This document shows, piece after piece, positions 58,177 to 64,000 of a DNA stretch of 64,000 bases; positions within the stretch are counted from its first letter, which is position 1, and each line of letters begins with the position of its first letter. The notes beneath the pieces were generated by a model that saw nothing but the letters and a program-made list of their open reading frames with translations, did not search any database and had not been told where the DNA came from. Where the stretch lies: NCBI GenBank assembly GCA_964457775.1, contig CAYWEW010000007.1, positions 6,961 to 70,960 of the forward strand, read 5' to 3'. This DNA comes from an uncultured Candidatus Saccharibacteria bacterium. Its GTDB lineage: Bacteria > Patescibacteriota > Minisyncoccia > Phycocordibacterales > UBA5272. A program made the position numbers and the translations under genes.

Positions 58177-58401
58177 TTAACGAGCAAAAAGTGTGTAAGC
58201 AAGAGAAAGTACAAACAACACCGCCACAATAATAGTTAAACGATGAAGTGATTTTTCTGCACCACGCTTTTCGAGTGTTGCACTAGATCCTCCGTCAGCA
58301 CCGAAAGCACCTGAGGCGTCAGTATTTGCTCGTTGGATTAGAACGAGAGCTGTTAGGAGAATAGCTAGTATTAATTGCACAATAGATAGCAAGTGAACCA
58401 T
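58177..58401 (-). CDS. secG: Preprotein translocase subunit SecG
   Basis: Two TM, LIQ....SGAFG.....RGAEK.L.R.T. Confidence 0.88.
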   Translation of the reverse strand: MVHLLSIVQLILAILLTALVLIQRANTDASGAFGADGGSSATLEKRGAEKSLHRLTIIVAVLFVLSLAYTLFAR

Positions 58402-58496
58402 GTATTGATTATATCATATACCTATAAACTCTGCAAAATCATGCATGTGGAGAAGGATATTTATTAATTTGGCAATAATATTAAGTATAATTTAAA

Positions 58497-58820
58497 CTAC
58501 TTTTTATTTAGATAAGAAAACCATTTTTTATCAATAGATTCAATTGGGTTAATTCCTTCCTTTTCCGCAAACAGCAACAGATATGCAAAAACATCAGCAA
58601 ATTCATCAGAAAACATATCTTTAATCTCCTCCTTTGTTTTTCCTTTTTGTCTACCTCGATCAGTAAGCATAAGATATGTTTGTAAGCATTCGCCCCATTC
58701 TTCAGTAATCTTGAAAGGGATATAATCTCTATCCATTTTTACATCAGGAAAGTCTTCTTTATATTTTTTTATTACAAAATTTAACTTCTCAGTAATCTCT
58801 AGCAGGTTTACATTTTTCAT
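58497..58820 (-). CDS. MazG-like nucleotide pyrophosphohydrolase
   Basis: KITEEWGE...DEFADV motifs; 1 nt after the dnaE stop. Confidence 0.8.
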   Translation of the reverse strand: MKNVNLLEITEKLNFVIKKYKEDFPDVKMDRDYIPFKITEEWGECLQTYLMLTDRGRQKGKTKEEIKDMFSDEFADVFAYLLLFAEKEGINPIESIDKKWFSYLNKK

Positions 58821-58821
58821 A

Positions 58822-61800
58822 CTATGCTTGAAGTTTTTTTAATTCATCTACTATAATTGTCTTCTCGCCATTTCTGGTTGAAACTTTACCACGTGCAACA
58901 AGAGGGATATCAAGAACAACAAGGTCTTTTTGTCGTTTATATGTTTCTGGAAATACTGCAACTTCAATTGTTCCAGTATAATCACGTAGTCTTACTAATG
59001 CCATCTTATCTCCTTTTTTTGTGACTGTTATTTTTATGTTCTCAATAATTACAGCAATTGATACTTCTGTTCCATCTTTAACATTATGGTGAATTTTATC
59101 AATATTCATATTTCTTGCTTCAATTTTATCTTTCCATGGATCAAGTGGAAAACCCGAAACGAATAATCCAAGAAGATCTTTTTCCCAAATAAGTTTTTGT
59201 TCTTGAGAAACAGGTTCTGCTTTTTTCATAACAAAAGAAGGGGATTCTGATTCTCCAAACAAACTATGTTGTAATATATTATCTTTTACAACACTTTTAT
59301 GAAAATCAAGAATGCTTTCCATGTTAGCAAGAATTTCTCCACGTTCTTTAAATTCGTCCAGTGCTCCACACTTAGTCAAAGCCTCTAAAGATTTTTTGTT
59401 TAAATTTTTATGAGTAACTCTTCTGATAAAATCTTCGAATGATTTATATTTCCCTTTTTTATTTCTCTCTGCAATTATCGCATCTGAAATATCAACCCCA
59501 AGATTTTTAACAGTATATAAACCAAAACGAATTTCTTCTTTACCATCCTTGTCTTTTACTACACTGAAACCACCATCACTCATATTAATATCAGGAGGTA
59601 GTACAGTTATTTTCATTCTCTTACATTCAGCCACAATTTCAGAAATTTTATCCACATCTCCACTTTCGTTGGTCATAATCGCGGTCATGTATGCAACAGG
59701 GAAATTTGCTTTCATGTATGCAGTTTGGTATGCAACCCGTCCATAACTTGCAGCATGAGCCTTATTGAAACCATAAGCCGCAAATGGCTCAATCAGTGAC
59801 CACAGCATCTGACCTTTCTTTGGGGTTAGACCGTGCTCGATGAAGCCTTCTAGAAGCTTTTCTTTCTGTGCCTGCATTTCAGCAGGAATTTTTTTACCCA
59901 TAGCTTTACGAAGCTTATCTGCTTCAAGCCATGAATAACCTGCAAGATGAATAGCAATAAGCATCACGTCGTCCTGATAAACGATAACTCCAAATGATTG
60001 GTCAAGAATTGGTTCAAGACGTGGATCTAGAAAGGTAATGAGTTCAGGGTTGTGTTTACGGGAAATATATTCAGGAATCATTTCAAGAGGACCTGGTCGA
60101 TATAGTGCTACCATCGCGTTAATGTCAAAAATAGTACTCGGCTTTAATTCCTTTAGAAAACGAGTCATCCCAGAACCATTAAGTTGAAACAATCCTACAG
60201 TCTCACCTCTAGATAACATGCTAAAAGTTTTTTCATCATCAAGTGGTATTTCTTCTATATCAACTTCAACACCATATCTATCTTTTGCAATTTTAATAGC
60301 ATCTCCAAGTATTGTTAAGTTGCGAATACCAAGGAAGTCGAATTTAAGCAGACCCGCATCTTCAACAGTATACATATCGTACTGAGTGATAATTTTTCCA
60401 CCTTTAGGATCTTTTTGTATCGGACTGAATTCCCATAAAGGTAGAGGTGAGATAACAGTACCAGCAGCATGGACAGAGATGTGTCGTGCACACCCTTCAA
60501 TTTTTTGAGCCATATCAATTATTGTCTGAACTTCACGATCAGAATCGTACATTGTTTTTAGCTCAGGAACATCAAGAAGTGCACTCGCAATTGTTACAGG
60601 GAAGCCCTGTTTAGGTGGGGGAATCATTTTACTAATTCTGTCACCCACTATATATGGGTATTTCATAGCACGAGCAACATCACGCACAGCACCTCTTGCC
60701 ATCATAGTTCCAAAAGTTCCTATTTGTGCCACATTATCAATTCCATATTTAAAACGTACATAATCAAGCACTTCATCGCGTCTTGTATCCGCATAGTCCA
60801 TGTCTATATCAGGAGCAGAAGGACGCTCAGGGTTTAGAAATCTTTCAAAAGGGAGTTTATAAGCCAACGGGTCACATTTTGTAATACGAAGAAGATAAGT
60901 AACCAACGAACCCGCAACCGAACCTCTAATATTGGTAAGAATATCATTCTCACGAGCGTAGCGCAGAAGATCATACACAACAAGGAAATAAGGGGAGTAA
61001 CCTTTATCGGCAATAACTTTTAATTCGTATTCAAGTCTATTTCTTACGGTATCTGTTAATTCCATGTTTCTCACCTTTAAACCCTCATAAGCTAAATCTC
61101 TAATATCCTCATCATAACCTTTTTTGAATTCAATATTAGGGAAAACCCAAGAACCTAGAGGAATTTCAAAATCACAAGATTCAGCAATTTTAATCGTATT
61201 TGACAATGCTTCCGGAATATCTTTAAATTGATTATTTGCCTCAGCTTCATCAACAAATTCAAATGAATCTTTTTGGAAAAGATGATTATATTCGTCTAGA
61301 GAGTGTTCATCACCATGAATTAAATAAAGCGTTTTCTGGGCGCTTTTATCTGAAGAATTTAGATAATGGGTATTCCAAGTTGCCACAATCGGGGTATCTG
61401 TCTTATGAGCAAATTCTATGGTTTTGGAACGCATAGTTTCCCCGTATTCCATACTGTTTTGTGGGTTTATCTCAAGATAAAAATTTTCACCAAAGTGCTT
61501 TTTGTAAAAAGATATTCTTTCAATAGCTTCCCTTTCATTAATAATTAGTAAATTAGTTATATCCCCCCAAACTCCACCAGAAAGTACAGTCAAACCTTCA
61601 CTAAAATCCAGAAGAGTCTTGTCATTTAATGTAGGGTTTAATGGGTTTTCGGTATTAACAATAGAAGTTATACGCATTAAGTTCTTATAACCAATAAATG
61701 TACGAGCGATTAAGACTATTTGAAAAACTCTGTCACCGTATTTAAGAGAGAACTCAACACCAATAATTGGCTTAATATTAGTTTTTTTACAAGATTTGTA

Positions 61801-61947
61801 AAATTCGATTACCCCGTACATATTACTGTAGTCAGTTATAGCAATAGAATTCATTTTCATTGAACCAGCCTTTTTAACTAATGCATCTATTTTAGGCAAA
61901 GCCTTAAGAAGGGAATAGTGGGTATGATTCCTAAGGTGTATAAACAT
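58822..61947 (-). CDS. dnaE: DNA polymerase III alpha subunit
   Basis: PHP (H..YSLL, AITD), RGSVAGS, PDIDMD, KFDFLG, YGFNKAHAA.Y, OB fold. Confidence 0.97.
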   Translation of the reverse strand: MFIHLRNHTHYSLLKALPKIDALVKKAGSMKMNSIAITDYSNMYGVIEFYKSCKKTNIKPIIGVEFSLKYGDRVFQIVLIARTFIGYKNLMRITSIVNTENPLNPTLNDKTLLDFSEGLTVLSGGVWGDITNLLIINEREAIERISFYKKHFGENFYLEINPQNSMEYGETMRSKTIEFAHKTDTPIVATWNTHYLNSSDKSAQKTLYLIHGDEHSLDEYNHLFQKDSFEFVDEAEANNQFKDIPEALSNTIKIAESCDFEIPLGSWVFPNIEFKKGYDEDIRDLAYEGLKVRNMELTDTVRNRLEYELKVIADKGYSPYFLVVYDLLRYARENDILTNIRGSVAGSLVTYLLRITKCDPLAYKLPFERFLNPERPSAPDIDMDYADTRRDEVLDYVRFKYGIDNVAQIGTFGTMMARGAVRDVARAMKYPYIVGDRISKMIPPPKQGFPVTIASALLDVPELKTMYDSDREVQTIIDMAQKIEGCARHISVHAAGTVISPLPLWEFSPIQKDPKGGKIITQYDMYTVEDAGLLKFDFLGIRNLTILGDAIKIAKDRYGVEVDIEEIPLDDEKTFSMLSRGETVGLFQLNGSGMTRFLKELKPSTIFDINAMVALYRPGPLEMIPEYISRKHNPELITFLDPRLEPILDQSFGVIVYQDDVMLIAIHLAGYSWLEADKLRKAMGKKIPAEMQAQKEKLLEGFIEHGLTPKKGQMLWSLIEPFAAYGFNKAHAASYGRVAYQTAYMKANFPVAYMTAIMTNESGDVDKISEIVAECKRMKITVLPPDINMSDGGFSVVKDKDGKEEIRFGLYTVKNLGVDISDAIIAERNKKGKYKSFEDFIRRVTHKNLNKKSLEALTKCGALDEFKERGEILANMESILDFHKSVVKDNILQHSLFGESESPSFVMKKAEPVSQEQKLIWEKDLLGLFVSGFPLDPWKDKIEARNMNIDKIHHNVKDGTEVSIAVIIENIKITVTKKGDKMALVRLRDYTGTIEVAVFPETYKRQKDLVVLDIPLVARGKVSTRNGEKTIIVDELKKLQA

Positions 61948-62747
61948 ATACTGATCAGTTTATCAGAAAAAAGAAAAAATATACCTAAAGATACCGAACA
62001 TGCTGTGAGTACAGTAGTAAATCATTAGACATAATAGATGTGTTAAATTAGCTATAATTACCAAGGAGATATTAATGCTTAGGTATAACAGAAAGTTTAT
62101 TATAACAATTTATAATTCACACATAATTAAAATCATGTTATTAAATAATTTATATGGTGATTAATTAAGTTAGTATTTTGAAATAGATTAATATCTAGCT
62201 TCTCCTCAACAATTTTGTATTTGGATTTAAAACTTTATACTTTACTAATCATATTGAAAAATAACAACTTACTGGATTAGGGAGGTGAAATTGTTGGACT
62301 AAAGTGTCCTACAATTGCCGTAATTCGCTTAAATTTGAAGGATGTTTGAGTATTGTAGTCGGTTCAGTATTATTGTCCTGCTCTAGTAAAGTAATTTCAT
62401 GTATGTGGATTTTGTTGAATTTAGCATGTTTTTTGTTGTTAGTGATAGTAGTATGGTTACATTGCAATTTAGTACTTTTAAACTATTAGATATATCAGAA
62501 TAATTGTTTTTTATTTTATATATAATTTTCAGCACAATGCGTGAAGTTTCTTTGTTGATTTTTTATTGAATTTTTTTGTTATTTTTTTGTGTTTATTTCA
62601 TTGCAAATTAGTTAAAATATTTGTCATAAAATTCTGATTTACGTTTTTAAAATAAGGTTTTTTCAATTTGTACTTTATCCACAACAATCTTTAATTTTTA
62701 TATATACTTTGGTCTATTTTTTATTATACTTATTTATATAAAACCTC

Positions 62748-64000
62748 ATGCAAGACTCTGGTAAATTTAAGGGCAAAAAAATTAGTTTTCTTTTTAATTT
62801 TTTCTTGTTTTTTTGTTTTGTTTTTTCAACTGGTTATACACAGGTTGTTAATGCTTTTTCTTTGAAGGATTTTTCGAATAGTGTCAATCTTGATCATTCC
62901 TCAGCTGATAGTGTTATTTTAGATTTTTTTTCAATTTCTAGAATTGGGTCTACTGTGTTTGAGCCGGTTGTAGATGAGGGGCGTGGGATATTTAATACTG
63001 AACCTATTACACCTAGATTTGGTTATTCAGAAAACAATTTGTTTGATTTAAGAACAAAAATAGTTAGATTGAATCTTGATTTTGACTTCGAGAGTTTTTC
63101 TGGTTTTTTTGATAAAAATGATTTTAATAACAATATACTTTTTTCTTTACCTAGTAAGAACAATCTTTTGTTTAGTGGAGCTGTGACTAGAGAGATAAAA
63201 GTTGTAGGAGCGCCACTTGATTCACAACTTTTTAGAAGTGGTGTTTCTGTTGTTACTGATAGATTAAGTACGAATGATTTTAACAATAACTCAATTACGG
63301 ATATTGTTTCCAAAGTACATTTAAGTATTCCTAGATTAGTTCAGATTGAATTATTGCCGATTAAGAATTATCAATCTTTGGTATTTGGCACTAAAGTGAA
63401 TGCTTTAGATTCTAAAGCAGTAACATCTCAGAAAGTAAAGAATGTTCCATTTTTAGACAAGTTATCTCTTAGTCTTTATTGTAAATTGTCTTCTTCTGTA
63501 ACCGATTTAAGACGTTGTAATTATAATATTGTTGCCTCTGATTTGTTTACTACACTTTTTTCATCTTCTACGGTCACAACAAATAATTCAGATTTGAATA
63601 ATATTGGAAGTGGTTCAAGTACAATAATCACTCAGACTCCTATATATTTTTCAACAACAACCACAGTCTATGTTACAAATTATATTCCAGTTCCAGGGCC
63701 AAGAGGTGTTGCGGGTAAAGATGGTTTAAATGGTAAAAATGGTAAGGATGGAATAGATGGTTTAAACACTGGTTCAAATCAATCATCATACATACCATTT
63801 TTTGTAAACTCAGGTAATACAACAAGTAATTTAGTAGTTACAACAATAAGTGGCGGTACTTTTAACGCTGGGACTGGAAACAATTTAACATTGTCTTCTT
63901 CGTCATTAACAGACACAATTTTTGGTGGGTATAATATTTTTAATGGTAGTGCAATTTTCAATTCTTCTTTAATTGCTAATAATATTACTGCAACCTCTGC
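62748..64000 (+). CDS. Large secreted/surface protein with collagen-like repeat, 3'-truncated by window edge
   Basis: Hand translation: open from ATG 62748 to window end; signal-peptide-like N-terminus (...TQVVNA), Ser/Thr/Asn-rich, (GXY)8 at 63696-63767. Confidence 0.8.
   Translation, partial: MQDSGKFKGKKISFLFNFFLFFCFVFSTGYTQVVNAFSLKDFSNSVNLDHSSADSVILDFFSISRIGSTVFEPVVDEGRGIFNTEPITPRFGYSENNLFDLRTKIVRLNLDFDFESFSGFFDKNDFNNNILFSLPSKNNLLFSGAVTREIKVVGAPLDSQLFRSGVSVVTDRLSTNDFNNNSITDIVSKVHLSIPRLVQIELLPIKNYQSLVFGTKVNALDSKAVTSQKVKNVPFLDKLSLSLYCKLSSSVTDLRRCNYNIVASDLFTTLFSSSTVTTNNSDLNNIGSGSSTIITQTPIYFSTTTTVYVTNYIPVPGPRGVAGKDGLNGKNGKDGIDGLNTGSNQSSYIPFFVNSGNTTSNLVVTTISGGTFNAGTGNNLTLSSSSLTDTIFGGYNIFNGSAIFNSSLIANNITATS

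Noticed and set aside
61950-62747. Replication origin
   Set aside because: AT-rich with one perfect DnaA box (TTATCCACA, 62675-62683), but no box cluster or dnaA/dnaN in the window
2651-63961. Numerous short ORFs nested in or antisense to long genes (e.g. 13161-13532, 13756-14166, 18814-19290, 45909-46403, 63023-63313)
   Set aside because: Shadow frames of well-supported genes with no independent motifs or initiation signals
1-64000. Alternative genetic code 25 (Gracilibacteria/Absconditabacteria)
   Set aside because: Long genes are intact under code 11 and several end at TGA followed by terminators (pncA, pncB, flhC, pyrF)

Overview
AT-rich, gene-dense bacterial chromosome segment, most likely from a Patescibacteria/CPR (Parcubacteria-like) genome. 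This assignment is inferred from CPR-typical families (DUF5671-like protein, sigma-region-4/HARE-HTH protein, LeuRS with a Nudix insert) and pervasive leaderless genes. TGA is used as stop (standard code). The housekeeping backbone includes iscS, sod, clpB, tRNA-Tyr, folD, rnhB, msrA, leuS, mltG, uvrA, uvrC, nrdAB, FKBP PPIase, RNase J, secG and dnaE. An accessory-looking region (~5.8-27.5 kb) follows tRNA-Tyr and holds three notable elements. (i) An NrtR regulator with four matching operators, which links a complete NAD salvage set (pncA, nadE, pncB, nadM-Nudix, nadK) to an uncharacterised four-gene operon (pseudokinase, vWA protein, divergent adenylosuccinate-synthetase homolog, SAM/HhH-like protein). 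(ii) An intact flhDC pair, the proteobacterial flagellar master regulator, in an organism expected to lack flagella. (iii) A pyrE-pyrF pair with a proteobacterial-looking PyrF. Non-coding highlights are four copies of a covarying ~110-125 nt palindromic repeat, a structured tRNA 3' trailer, a ~200 nt candidate ncRNA with raiA-like landmarks, and a rod-like RNA with an anti-Shine-Dalgarno loop before nrdA. No CRISPR array, rRNA, integrase or transposase was seen. All family calls come from motif recognition by eye, not database searches.
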